The position numbers and the translations under genes are program-made. Shown piece by piece: positions 19,726 through 29,316 of a stretch of DNA of 64,000 nucleotides. Numbering within the stretch: the first letter of the stretch is position 1; each line of letters opens with the position of its first letter. The notes below the pieces were generated by a model. It did no database searches. It saw only the letters and a list, made by a program, of their open reading frames with translations, and had not been told where the DNA came from. This DNA comes from a virus: IMG/VR virus record IMGVR_UViG_3300045988_087221. The stretch is one strand, 5' to 3'.

Positions 19726-20211
19726 TTAGTCTTTCTTAGGCTTAATGCCCCAAGCAATACATCCAAATCTAGTGTCTGTGTCAATATTTGAACCGTCAAA
19801 TACAATTTCTTCTCCACCGATAGATGTTAAAGTAATACCTGTAGGTAAAGAAGGATAAAGATATAGTGGAATTAAACGAAGTCCAAGAGTATTTTTCTGG
19901 TTAGCAACCTTCTTCTCAAATTCTTCCTTTGTAAGATGCCCCTTCCCAAATTCAGACCGAATGAGAGAAATCTCTTCTTCAACATCTTCATCAGATTGCC
20001 AACTTCCAAAATGCAAAGCCTTACATTGACTTTCTGTAAGAGTGCTCCAATCAATGTCTTTCTTGAACTGCTTTTGGACTTTTTGCCAAGCATCATTGAA
20101 ACTTTTCTTTTTATAATCTTCACCCCAATGATATACTTGAATACATGCAATTTGATTTGCAAGCCATTTCAAGGTATTATTAACCTTTTCTTCTAATGAA
20201 ATTTGTTTCAT
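19726..20211 (-). CDS. hypothetical protein
   Basis: 161-aa ORF. Confidence 0.55.
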   Translation of the reverse strand: MKQISLEEKVNNTLKWLANQIACIQVYHWGEDYKKKSFNDAWQKVQKQFKKDIDWSTLTESQCKALHFGSWQSDEDVEEEISLIRSEFGKGHLTKEEFEKKVANQKNTLGLRLIPLYLYPSLPTGITLTSIGGEEIVFDGSNIDTDTRFGCIAWGIKPKKD

Positions 20212-20377
20212 ATTACTTACATTTATGTCCTATAAGGACTGATTATTCTTCCACTTCAATGTACTTAACGGGATTGTTTGGGTCTGCACAACATGCGTGC
20301 TGAATACATTCAAACTTACCGTCATATACACATCCCTCACACATCAAAGTAGGGTCAGGAACTTCTTTAATCATAAT

Positions 20378-20836
20378 CTATTTATTATTTAATGTATCTT
20401 TAATATAACCTTCTTCAACACACCAATTATAGGCATTCTTGGCAGCTTCAAAGGGAGTTACTCCTTTTATTACTTCTATAGAATCACTCTCCTCTGCGTC
20501 TATCCAATCAATAGCCCACATTCCTTCAAACTTGTATAAAGTAGGAATATAAGCCCAATCATTATCTGTTGTTTCAAGTTTACCATTCTTAAAAGTAAAG
20601 TAAGGAAGTGCTATAATATAATCCTCCAATGTTGGTGTTGAATATTTAAGTTCACAGAAACTTACCATTGTTGCAGTTTTTCCATGTTCCTTAGTCTTAG
20701 CTTCTTCAAAAGCTTCAACATCTTCTTGAGTCATCATGGATTTCACTTCATAGATAGCTGTATACTCAAGATAAGGAATTGTTGATGTTTCTGATATGTC
20801 TACTCGATAGTTTACTAAATATTTTCTCATTGTCAA
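20378..20836 (-). CDS. hypothetical protein
   Basis: 152-aa ORF. Ends in TAG. Confidence 0.55.
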   Translation of the reverse strand: MTMRKYLVNYRVDISETSTIPYLEYTAIYEVKSMMTQEDVEAFEEAKTKEHGKTATMVSFCELKYSTPTLEDYIIALPYFTFKNGKLETTDNDWAYIPTLYKFEGMWAIDWIDAEESDSIEVIKGVTPFEAAKNAYNWCVEEGYIKDTLNNK

Positions 20837-21008
20837 ATATTTTATTCTTCTAATTCTTTTTGAATATCATCCAACATCTCTGAAACTTCATCTATAGATA
20901 AATTAGAATCAAGATCAGGATGACGAGCTCTATAATAGAGGTCTCTTCGAAATTCGATGATTTTATTTATAGCTGTAATCTTACTCATCTATTAATTTAA
21001 GTTTATTA

Positions 21009-21440
21009 TTAAAATATTGAGTGTCTTTTAGTTATAGTGAATTTAGATAAATCTTGAACATCCTTTATATCGGGTCTTCCCTTTGGACTAAGCCAGTAAT
21101 CATATCTAATATACAATTCATCATAGTCACCAAGTAACCAACATTTACGTCCATTTGAAATATCTACCAATTCATCATCTATGCAGACAACGTTTCCCTG
21201 ACTATCTTTAAGATTTGTAGTTCTCCTTATTTTAAACCAATAAGTTAGAACATCCTTAGTTTTCTTATTAATGTATACAGAAAAATCTACCGTACTTCCA
21301 TAAAGTAAATTATAACCTGGATATTTAGTAAATATCTCCTTCTCTGTATCTTCAAGCTCTTCCCAAGAATGAACTATTTTATACAGTTCCTTATTTAAAT
21401 ATACAAAGAACTCTGTTTTTACTATTTTACCAACGTTCAT
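21009..21440 (-). CDS. hypothetical protein
   Basis: 143-aa ORF. Confidence 0.55.
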   Translation of the reverse strand: MNVGKIVKTEFFVYLNKELYKIVHSWEELEDTEKEIFTKYPGYNLLYGSTVDFSVYINKKTKDVLTYWFKIRRTTNLKDSQGNVVCIDDELVDISNGRKCWLLGDYDELYIRYDYWLSPKGRPDIKDVQDLSKFTITKRHSIF

Positions 21441-21710
21441 TAATTAATATATTTATAAAAGTGCACAACCTATAATAGTAGCTGTAGTTATAAGTATTAA
21501 TATAACCCATCCTAATGCTTCATCTACTTCTGTCATTTATTTATATTTAATCCTTTATAGGATAATTAATCAATTTTTATTATTGCCATAGAGGAAACAT
21601 CCCTGATATTTCCATAACAAGTGTATACTGCCTCTATGAAATCGTTCTTAGTGAGAAACTTTTCATCAGGAGGCAATGTTATATCTATTGTGAACTTAAT
21701 ATGTTTCATA

Positions 21711-21905
21711 CTAATATCTATTTATGTTCAAAGTGTTAAACATCAGACATATTAAACTTAAAGAGGATACTGACATAATGACTACTCCGAATATGAAAAG
21801 AGGAACACCTACAACAGCAAACCATATACTCTTAGTCATTTCCATCCCGGAATAAGACATAATATAACCAAAAAGTATTGCTATTATTAACAATACTATA
21901 TTCAT
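21711..21905 (-). CDS. small two-TM membrane protein (hypothetical)
   Basis: 64 aa with two hydrophobic helices. Ends in TAG. Confidence 0.5.
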   Translation of the reverse strand: MNIVLLIIAILFGYIMSYSGMEMTKSIWFAVVGVPLFIFGVVIMSVSSLSLICLMFNTLNINRY

Positions 21906-22273
21906 ACTTCTATCTCATGATTAAGATTTAGACCAAAGAGAAGATGCTGTAGTTCATGAATATATTGTATGATGTTTAAACACTCACTATTATATACAAT
22001 TCTTAGAGTGTCTTTTCTAATTATAATAACTATAAATTTACTTATACTTTTCTTTCTATAATAAAGCTGTGTTTTAAAAGAAGCTTCTTCATCTTTTTCC
22101 CATCCATTCTTCTCTAGAATCTCTGGAGTAACAGGAACACCTGATAATTCTAATTGGTGTACTGGATGTTCTACATAAGATAGCTCATAATTATTTACCC
22201 CAAGCGTATCCATAATTGTATGTATTTTATTATCATACATAACAATATCACCTTTGATATATTCTTGCTCCAT
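21902..22273 (-). CDS. hypothetical protein, paralog of 12494-12886
   Basis: Shared VPVTPEILEKNGW and IHELQHLLFGLNLN motifs. Confidence 0.55.
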   Translation of the reverse strand: MEQEYIKGDIVMYDNKIHTIMDTLGVNNYELSYVEHPVHQLELSGVPVTPEILEKNGWEKDEEASFKTQLYYRKKSISKFIVIIIRKDTLRIVYNSECLNIIQYIHELQHLLFGLNLNHEIEV

Positions 22274-22631
22274 ATACTTTACTTATTATCCATCGCAAGA
22301 GCTATATCGTGCACTTTGCGACACATTTGACAAACATCTTCAAGACTTCTTGTATCCCAATCACAATACATTCTTCCGTGGTCTTCGGTTATTACTATAA
22401 TCTGTTTATCACAGAGGATTCGCCATATCATTCTTAATTTTTGTTTCATATGCTTTACTCCTTAACTTCTTTAAAAATTACCGATTTTCCATCTGAGCGT
22501 ACACCTTCACAACATGCAAATTTTATACATACTGGATTATCCTCAAAGAAGCAACCTCTACAACCATTTTGCTCAACTGCTTCAAGAGTGATTCTTTCTC
22601 CGACTTTAAGCTCTTTCATACGTCTAGTCTT

Positions 22632-22820
22632 TTATATATATTCATTTACCTCACCTAAAACCTTTGTTAACAGGTTTTTTAGAATCTGTAATTCATCATA
22701 TGAATATGCAGGTATCGGATCACCATTAATGGTAATATTGCCACTACTACGGTTTATCTTTAAGAAGCATTTGTTAAAGATACTATCTTTAGCTTCTACT
22801 GTTTTATTATTGTCCATCAT
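22632..22820 (-). CDS. hypothetical protein
   Basis: 62-aa ORF. Confidence 0.4.
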   Translation of the reverse strand: MMDNNKTVEAKDSIFNKCFLKINRSSGNITINGDPIPAYSYDELQILKNLLTKVLGEVNEYI

Positions 22821-22822
22821 AT

Positions 22823-23788
22823 CTAGCCCTCCACGTTATTTGTTGTACCTAACAATGATTCGTTGCCGATGTAAGGAATGCACTGCTTAAAAGCAAAATC
22901 TGTCATACTACGTCGGTTCATTATATGATATGGCTTATTCCAAGTACTATCAAACTTCTCAAAGAACCCTGGGAACCATTCTTCTGTATCGGTATTTCTA
23001 ACAAGCACCTTATCGAAAGGCTTGAACTCAACCTTTAGCTTCAAATCAACAATCTGTTTCTTCTCTGCATCCCAAGCTTTTCCTACCTTTGAAAGGGCAT
23101 CAAAAAGTTCTTTCTTTTCATCTTCTCTAGCAGGATAAAGTCTTGAAAGAAGAAAATTATCTATAGGTATATTAATTTTAACAAGTTTCTTATGTCTAAC
23201 CAAAGAAACTATTGATTCTGTTATATTTTCATCCTTATGAAGTATTAAGGTTGTATGTCTTGTATATGAATCTTCATCACAACTAAGTATATCTCCATCT
23301 TTAAACTTAGGCTGAGCTTTTTCAATTTTCGAAATCTCAAGATTGAGTTTACCGTTATTTATTTCTTCTACGCTTTTGATAAATTCAAGAGCTTCTTTCT
23401 TTGATGCTAAGATATAATAAGCTGTATCATAATAATAATAATGTGAATCCCCTAAGACTTTAATCTTGCCAAGGAACTTCGTGTAATCTTCATTCACCCA
23501 TTTATCAAAGAATACCTTGAAACCTGAACTATTTGTCAATACATCACCCTTTTTCCAAGCAAATTTACTCCAGTCTCGCATTTTCTTTGATGGGAAAATG
23601 ATGCATTCTCCACTATCATACATTTTCCCATTTGACTTGACTGAATGCACATTAGTGTCTTCTGAAAAGAAGTATACTTTATCTTTGTGAACACCATTAA
23701 ATTTTATATAGCCAAAAGTGGAACTATACAATTTAAGCTCGACGGGCTTATCCTTTAGGATTTCTGCTATGTTAAGTTTCTGTTCCAT
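22823..23788 (-). CDS. hypothetical protein
   Basis: 321-aa ORF. Ends in TAG with TGA two codons later. Confidence 0.6.
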   Translation of the reverse strand: MEQKLNIAEILKDKPVELKLYSSTFGYIKFNGVHKDKVYFFSEDTNVHSVKSNGKMYDSGECIIFPSKKMRDWSKFAWKKGDVLTNSSGFKVFFDKWVNEDYTKFLGKIKVLGDSHYYYYDTAYYILASKKEALEFIKSVEEINNGKLNLEISKIEKAQPKFKDGDILSCDEDSYTRHTTLILHKDENITESIVSLVRHKKLVKINIPIDNFLLSRLYPAREDEKKELFDALSKVGKAWDAEKKQIVDLKLKVEFKPFDKVLVRNTDTEEWFPGFFEKFDSTWNKPYHIMNRRSMTDFAFKQCIPYIGNESLLGTTNNVEG

Positions 23789-23941
23789 AATCTACTTAAT
23801 TTTAACGAAATATATTGTATATTATATCTTCATATTTAAGTTTGTCTATTACTTTATTCAAGTAATCGATAGCTACTGTACAATCAGGTCTAAATTTTTT
23901 TATTTCAGTAACTAATTGCTCTAAATCTGATAATCTAGTAT

Positions 23942-24133
23942 TCATTTATAAGTTTTATAATCGTTATTGCGTAGTTCATCGACTGAAATTTTAATATTTT
24001 CTATAGATTCTCTTGCAAGAGTCCGTAGCTGAGTTCTGCGAACAGTATTAGAGTATAGTTTAGTCCACTGTGATTTATCCTTGAGAATCTTCACAGTATT
24101 AATCTTTATCTTCATTACTTTCTTTATTAACAC
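23942..24133 (-). CDS. hypothetical protein
   Basis: 63-aa ORF. Shares an ILKDK..KLYS motif with the N-terminus of 22823-23788. Start uncertain. Confidence 0.35.
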   Translation of the reverse strand: MLIKKVMKIKINTVKILKDKSQWTKLYSNTVRRTQLRTLARESIENIKISVDELRNNDYKTYK

Positions 24134-24518
24134 TAGTTACAATAGAGTTATAAACTATATCCCAATTAGATTCTTCTTTATCTTTGAAATCAGGGTCTTG
24201 AAGATCCTTTATTACAGCAAGATAAGCATTTTTAAATTGTTCTGATGTAATTTTCTCCCAGTTTCTAATATCATATATATTAGATACATATCTACTAATA
24301 GAATCACGTTTTAAGCATATAAAATATATCCAATTATTTTTTATTGAAACAATTTTTAATAAATAGTTCCATACTTTATCTATGTAACAATCACCAACAG
24401 TAAACTTTGAACGAGCCTCTTTCTTCTCTAATGCCCTAATTTTACTGTAAATATTATTACTTTCTTCCTGTAATTTCTTATATTTATTCCTTAGTTCTTC
24501 TAATGTTTCCATAATCAA
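24099..24518 (-). CDS. hypothetical protein
   Basis: 139-aa ORF with an N-terminal coiled coil. Confidence 0.55.
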   Translation of the reverse strand: MIMETLEELRNKYKKLQEESNNIYSKIRALEKKEARSKFTVGDCYIDKVWNYLLKIVSIKNNWIYFICLKRDSISRYVSNIYDIRNWEKITSEQFKNAYLAVIKDLQDPDFKDKEESNWDIVYNSIVTSVNKESNEDKD

Positions 24519-25141
24519 TTTTTATAAATGGCATCAAGAATATCTTTAAAATTAGGATTATCTATTACATATTGTGCATCAGCTTCATTTTTAAATACTG
24601 GATTACCATAATATACATCAGAAGTTGGATTAATAATATTAACTTTATAATAAGGTTTTTTTATACTCCTATCATAAGCTATCATATAGCCGCGTTCACC
24701 GCTATTAACTTTATATTTCCAATCACCATTAAAATATTTAGCAATATCCATAAGATTACTTATTGCAATTATTTTCTTACGAGTTGACGTACTTACAGTA
24801 ATAGATGAATTAAGATATTCACACGCAACAATTTCTGCTATTGTTATCCATTTACTCCTAAATTTGATAATACCCTTAGCTAAATCACTATTTTCCAAGT
24901 CTATCTCCATTCCTTCAGGAATATCAATAGTTAATTGATTATTCTTTATTTCCATATCTTTTATTTCTTTAAATATTACACTAGTGTTATCCGATCTGCT
25001 ATTAGGTATACAATTACCCACAGATGGTCCAATAAGACCACATAGTTTACCATTAAATGCACAATGTGTACATAAAATAGATTTTACTACTTGATAGGTT
25101 TTACCATCATAAGTAAATACTTCACCTATTTTTCTTTCCAT
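24515..25141 (-). CDS. hypothetical protein
   Basis: 208-aa ORF with a Cys-rich N-terminus. Confidence 0.55.
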   Translation of the reverse strand: MERKIGEVFTYDGKTYQVVKSILCTHCAFNGKLCGLIGPSVGNCIPNSRSDNTSVIFKEIKDMEIKNNQLTIDIPEGMEIDLENSDLAKGIIKFRSKWITIAEIVACEYLNSSITVSTSTRKKIIAISNLMDIAKYFNGDWKYKVNSGERGYMIAYDRSIKKPYYKVNIINPTSDVYYGNPVFKNEADAQYVIDNPNFKDILDAIYKN

Positions 25142-25569
25142 AATTTTCTTGTATCATATTTTTTATCTGGCTGTACTTTTATATAGTTACCAGTATATAT
25201 AAGCCTATTTGATACTACTTCACCATTACTATTTAAACAATACAGAGTACCTGCAGGAATAAGAAATTCTCCTAAAAATATTGAATACTCTAATAGAGAT
25301 AAAGTATACCGAAGATTTTTTTGAGTATATAAATCTACAGCAGCTGGATATAGTGGATATAATATACAGTTAAGATAACTATGTAATCCATATTCTATTG
25401 AATCTGCAAATATAATTGGTTCAACTACTAATTGATTTGCAGGATAGTCAAAATTACTATAGAAAAATGGTTTAAAAGTACCCTTATCAGCATAAGTACC
25501 TATCTTATATACTTTAATACCTCTTTTAGCTACTAGTACCTTACTTTCTTTAGTCATATAAAAACACAT
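25126..25569 (-). CDS. MC(W/F)-N-terminus paralog family protein, copy 1
   Basis: Starts MCF. Shared motifs: (K/R)..VYKIG, G(L/Y)HSY, F(L/I)IP.G..Y, GE.VS..IIYTG. Confidence 0.65.
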   Translation of the reverse strand: MCFYMTKESKVLVAKRGIKVYKIGTYADKGTFKPFFYSNFDYPANQLVVEPIIFADSIEYGLHSYLNCILYPLYPAAVDLYTQKNLRYTLSLLEYSIFLGEFLIPAGTLYCLNSNGEVVSNRLIYTGNYIKVQPDKKYDTRKLWKEK

Positions 25570-25579
25570 AAGCTCGATA

Positions 25580-26041
25580 TTAAATTGAATTAAAAGATTC
25601 TTTCAAATTAGTATCAAAAACTCTCCATACACTAGAATATTGTCCTGTATAGATTATCTGATTAGATACAATTTCATTATCTTCATTAACGCAATAAATT
25701 GCTCCTTTAGGTACTATAAATTTACCTAAATATAGAGTCTCGTTAATTGTTGGATAGATACTAATTGTAGGTCTATCTTTAGTATTTTTTTGTATAACAA
25801 CAGATACTGGAGTAATAATAGTAATGGTTAAAGCTATATTTATATATCCATGAAATCCCTCATTTATATGAGATATATTGAAATTTGGATCAGTTGTATT
25901 TTTAATACCTGCTATATAAGAGAATTTAGTTATAAAGTAGGGTGTGAAGATAGCTTTATTAGCCTCCACACCTATTTTATAAACCACTATATCTCTTTTT
26001 GCTCTTAACACTTTACTTTGTTTCGATTTCCAAAAACACAT
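25580..26041 (-). CDS. MC(W/F)-N-terminus paralog family protein, copy 2
   Basis: Starts MCFW and carries the same motif set (EGFHGY, FIVPKGAIY, EIVSNQIIYTG). Confidence 0.65.
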   Translation of the reverse strand: MCFWKSKQSKVLRAKRDIVVYKIGVEANKAIFTPYFITKFSYIAGIKNTTDPNFNISHINEGFHGYINIALTITIITPVSVVIQKNTKDRPTISIYPTINETLYLGKFIVPKGAIYCVNEDNEIVSNQIIYTGQYSSVWRVFDTNLKESFNSI

Positions 26042-26219
26042 AAGCTTTTTATTTTACTTTTGAATAAATTACCAATTAGAACCGTTTCCATAAGGGTATC
26101 TATCTTCTGCTTCCGCATATTCATCACACCCTCCACAATTCTTTGATAGTTTATCGCACCAATAATTGTAATTAGCACAATTAATTTTTCCTTTATTAGG
26201 CCATCTACTGCTCATAAGC

Positions 26220-26567
26220 TTATTCTTTAAAATGTTTAACTATATAATCTAAAGCTCTATCATACTCTTCTTTAGTGCACTCTCTACAATATGCATTATT
26301 AAAAGCTCTATGATAAGGATAAACTATCGGGTTAATATATAGTTCAGACGTATCAGCTTCATACACGAATATAACATCTTCTTTAATATCATAGACTTTA
26401 CAGTATAAACCATTATTATCAGTATAATAGCCCTTCTTGATATTCTTTAATGCTATTTTATCTCTTAGCTCATTAATCTTATTTACTAAAGCTGTATCTT
26501 GCGCACTTAATAGAGTTCGTTGCTTTTGCAATTCTCTAATTTGATTAAAAATTTCTTGATTGTCCAT
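26220..26567 (-). CDS. hypothetical protein
   Basis: 115-aa ORF with an N-terminal coiled coil. Confidence 0.55.
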   Translation of the reverse strand: MDNQEIFNQIRELQKQRTLLSAQDTALVNKINELRDKIALKNIKKGYYTDNNGLYCKVYDIKEDVIFVYEADTSELYINPIVYPYHRAFNNAYCRECTKEEYDRALDYIVKHFKE

Positions 26568-26591
26568 AATTTATTTGTTAATGTATTAAAT

Positions 26592-26630
26592 ATAAAAAGG
26601 AGTATACTAACTAATTAGCTAATATACTCC
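26592..26630 (-). terminator. hairpin plus U-tract terminator closing the RNA island
   Basis: GGAGTATA/TATACTCC 8-bp stem followed on the minus strand by TTTTTATATTT. Confidence 0.55.
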
Positions 26631-26666
26631 TATGAAACCTGGCATTTCAGTCTATCAAAGACTTTG

Positions 26667-26844
26667 GAGAAGTAATACGAATCGAACGTACTTCGGCTAC
26701 TTGATGTATTAAGTCTATCTATTATTATTTATTTGCTAAAACATTACATAGCTAATAATAGAAGACTGTTCACCTGATCATTATCACGTTACCTTTTCGC
26801 CTTATCACCTGTCCTACACACTCCGGATTATGTAGGTAACTCCT
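26667..26844 (-). ncRNA. expanded tRNA-like RNA (family member P2)
   Basis: Canonical T-arm GTACG-TTCGATT-CGTAT. Acceptor AGGAGTT/TACTTCT (6 of 7 pairs). D-like arm CCTACA..TGTAGG. About 100 nt of extra structured sequence sits where the anticodon and variable arms should be. Confidence 0.4.
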
Positions 26845-26850
26845 CTTTTC

Positions 26851-26880
26851 TCTAATTAGGTACACAAATCCCTAATTAGA
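26851..26880 (-). repeat. 10-bp-stem hairpin between the two tRNA-like RNAs
   Basis: tctaattagg/cctaattaga perfect stem. The loop contains TTTGTG (minus sense), as in the conserved-loop hairpin family. Confidence 0.6.
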
Positions 26881-26902
26881 TACAATGACTGAAACTTCGC
26901 AG

Positions 26903-27038
26903 TGGGGGACTTACGAATTAAACGTACTTCGAAACTTTCGTTCACAATTCCTAGGGAGTTACTAGAATTACCCTATTCCATTGTTTCCGTTTCCTTATCA
27001 ATCTGTCCTATGCATTTGCAACTACATAGGTATCCCCC
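26903..27038 (-). ncRNA. expanded tRNA-like RNA (family member P1)
   Basis: Acceptor GGGGGAT/GTCCCCC, T-arm TACG-TTTAATT-CGTA, D-like arm CTATG..CATAG, then ACAGATTGATAAGG and about 60 extra nt. Paralogous to 26667-26844. Confidence 0.45.
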
Positions 27039-27053
27039 AAATTGGTTGTATTG

Positions 27054-27437
27054 TTATTCTTCCAATAAACCTAAATATTTAATATCAGTACTAACTACTT
27101 CTCTGCGTTTATAGTTGACATAGATAGTAGCACCCGCTGGAATTTCAAATATTCCTATTTCATCATATTCGTCCCTACTGCACTTAGCCATCTCTTCAGT
27201 TAAGTATGAATGATAACCTTCATGTATATAAAAATTATCGTAACTCCAAAGTTCATCTCGAGGTCCAAATACAAATTCAGGATCTATCTTTACTGTAGGT
27301 ACAGTCTGAGATTCACGGTACCTAAAATCTCGGTATAAACTTATAAAGCCACCGAAAATCGATGATGTACCTACTTTATAAACTATTAAAGGTTTCTTCA
27401 ATACCAATGGAATTGCAATAGTATTTGTCCAACACAT
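27054..27437 (-). CDS. MC(W/F)-N-terminus paralog family protein, copy 3
   Basis: Starts MCW, with HEGYHSY, FEIPAGATIY and EVVSTDIKYLG. Confidence 0.65.
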   Translation of the reverse strand: MCWTNTIAIPLVLKKPLIVYKVGTSSIFGGFISLYRDFRYRESQTVPTVKIDPEFVFGPRDELWSYDNFYIHEGYHSYLTEEMAKCSRDEYDEIGIFEIPAGATIYVNYKRREVVSTDIKYLGLLEE

Positions 27438-27511
27438 AACCTAATTTAAAATTATTAAAAAAGAGTCCAGCTAATTAAATAGTCAGACTCTAAATAATTA
27501 ATTATATTTTG

Positions 27512-27697
27512 TTACTCAGGATAGAATTTAGATTTATCTACCACATGAGCATCAGTATCGTCAATAGATTCAACTTCAATTAAATCACCTGGAGTAACTC
27601 CCCAGCGATTTTTAATTGCAACTACTGCAGCTACCTGCTTAGTAGGACATCCTGTAATGTAATAAGGAATACCCTTACATTTAAATATTTTTGCCAT
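27512..27697 (-). CDS. hypothetical protein
   Basis: 61-aa ORF. Confidence 0.45.
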   Translation of the reverse strand: MAKIFKCKGIPYYITGCPTKQVAAVVAIKNRWGVTPGDLIEVESIDDTDAHVVDKSKFYPE

Positions 27698-27699
27698 TT

Positions 27700-28032
27700 T
27701 TAATAAATAGTATTAAAACCATATTTAAGAAATAAACCAAATGGAGTAAGATAATCATCTTCTCTAAAAGTTCTGTTCCTAGCTAAACAGATAACTCTCT
27801 GAAATGTTAAATTATCTCTTTTTAAATGCCATAACTTATTAAACTTATCCTTAGTTAATTTATAGTGACCTTCATTTTCTATCCATTTACGAGGCTCATC
27901 ACAAGCATCAACTTGTACAGGATAAGTCAATACCATATCTCCATTAAGTACATCAAATTCAATATATTCACAATCGTCTGGGATTTTAACTAATTTACCC
28001 TTACCATTGTAATCATATATACGTATAATCAT
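27700..28032 (-). CDS. hypothetical protein
   Basis: 110-aa ORF. Confidence 0.5.
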   Translation of the reverse strand: MIIRIYDYNGKGKLVKIPDDCEYIEFDVLNGDMVLTYPVQVDACDEPRKWIENEGHYKLTKDKFNKLWHLKRDNLTFQRVICLARNRTFREDDYLTPFGLFLKYGFNTIY

Positions 28033-28247
28033 TATTTAAATAATTCTATAATTGGATAATAAATAATTGTATTATACTCAGCTATATTTAGTGTCCAAGC
28101 TGTAGCCCAAATCATGGCAAAGACTCCTAGTCCTACAGCGAAATACCCTGCTTTATATATAGTTCGAGTTTCATTTAATAATTGCGCTCTAAGTATTATA
28201 TATAATACAATTGTAACTATTCCTAACAATACCTCAAGTATAATCAT
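28032..28247 (-). CDS. small two-TM membrane protein (hypothetical)
   Basis: 71 aa, hydrophobic. Confidence 0.5.
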   Translation of the reverse strand: MIILEVLLGIVTIVLYIILRAQLLNETRTIYKAGYFAVGLGVFAMIWATAWTLNIAEYNTIIYYPIIELFK

Positions 28248-28474
28248 TTGTATGTATTTGCATCTAAATCAATAGCAGACATACCTGTTCTATATTCGCT
28301 ATAGATAACTATCTTATGAGGTCTTTTCTTAGAATCATACATTATTTCTAATGTTTTATACTCATAAGCTGGTGCTTTAGAGCCACTTCTAGTAGGATAA
28401 TTGTAACTATTAACTAAAGTAACGGTCAATAGTAATCCTATAATTAATAATACTTTTTTCATAATTTTAAACAT
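28244..28474 (-). CDS. small secreted protein (hypothetical)
   Basis: 76 aa with an N-terminal signal peptide. Confidence 0.5.
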   Translation of the reverse strand: MFKIMKKVLLIIGLLLTVTLVNSYNYPTRSGSKAPAYEYKTLEIMYDSKKRPHKIVIYSEYRTGMSAIDLDANTYK

Positions 28475-28896
28475 TTACCAGTATAAATGATTTTATCAGA
28501 TACAACTTCACCTTGGGCATTTATAATATATGTAGCACCTTTAGGGATTATAAAAGTTGCTATATAACCCTCATTTTCAAAAGGAACAGATATCCGTCGC
28601 TTTCCAACTAACATACCCTTAGACCTAATTGCCCTGTTATAAAAAGAAGAGTTACATATAAAATGTATCCCAGTATAACTATGATATGCTTTTTTTATGT
28701 TAACTACCTTATACTTAAAGCCAAGTACCTCATACTCTATAGTAGGTATATAATATGGAGTATTTACTGTATAATCAAAGCCCATAATAATAGACTTACA
28801 AGATTGCTTATTAGCATCGGATACTACCTTATAAACCTTAAAATCTCTATCAGCAATTTGAACATTTATCTTATCTTTAATTTCCGTCCAACACAT
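28459..28896 (-). CDS. MC(W/F)-N-terminus paralog family protein, copy 4
   Basis: Starts MCW, with KAYHSY, FIIPKGATY and EVVSDKIIYTG. Confidence 0.65.
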   Translation of the reverse strand: MCWTEIKDKINVQIADRDFKVYKVVSDANKQSCKSIIMGFDYTVNTPYYIPTIEYEVLGFKYKVVNIKKAYHSYTGIHFICNSSFYNRAIRSKGMLVGKRRISVPFENEGYIATFIIPKGATYIINAQGEVVSDKIIYTGKCLKL

Positions 28897-28900
28897 AGTC

Positions 28901-29314
28901 TTATAGTTTTAAATGGTTACCTGTGTAAATAATATTAGAAGAAACTATTTCTCCTCCATCATTCTCATAATACTCAGAACCTTTAGGTACAATGAATGTT
29001 GCAATAGAATAAATATTATATAATTTAATATCTTTCGCAATCTTACCTAAATAAATCGTTCTATAAAATGAGCGTAAATCAGAGTAAGGCATAGCTATAT
29101 CTTTATAAGAATGATACCCTTCATAAATTACATAAGAGGACTCATCTTTAAAGAATTTAATAGGGTTTAGTTCAACTTTTTTATTTATTTCTTTTGGTTC
29201 ATAAATAAAGTTTTGATATAAACTTTTAAAACCTTTATCAGATACACGACCTAATTTATAAACGTAAAAATCTCGTTTAGCTATTTTTACATCACATCTA
29301 CCTATCCAGCACAT
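28901..29314 (-). CDS. MC(W/F)-N-terminus paralog family protein, copy 5
   Basis: Starts MCW, with YEGYHSY, FIVPKGSEY and EIVSSNIIYTG. Confidence 0.65.
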   Translation of the reverse strand: MCWIGRCDVKIAKRDFYVYKLGRVSDKGFKSLYQNFIYEPKEINKKVELNPIKFFKDESSYVIYEGYHSYKDIAMPYSDLRSFYRTIYLGKIAKDIKLYNIYSIATFIVPKGSEYYENDGGEIVSSNIIYTGNHLKL

Positions 29315-29316
29315 AA

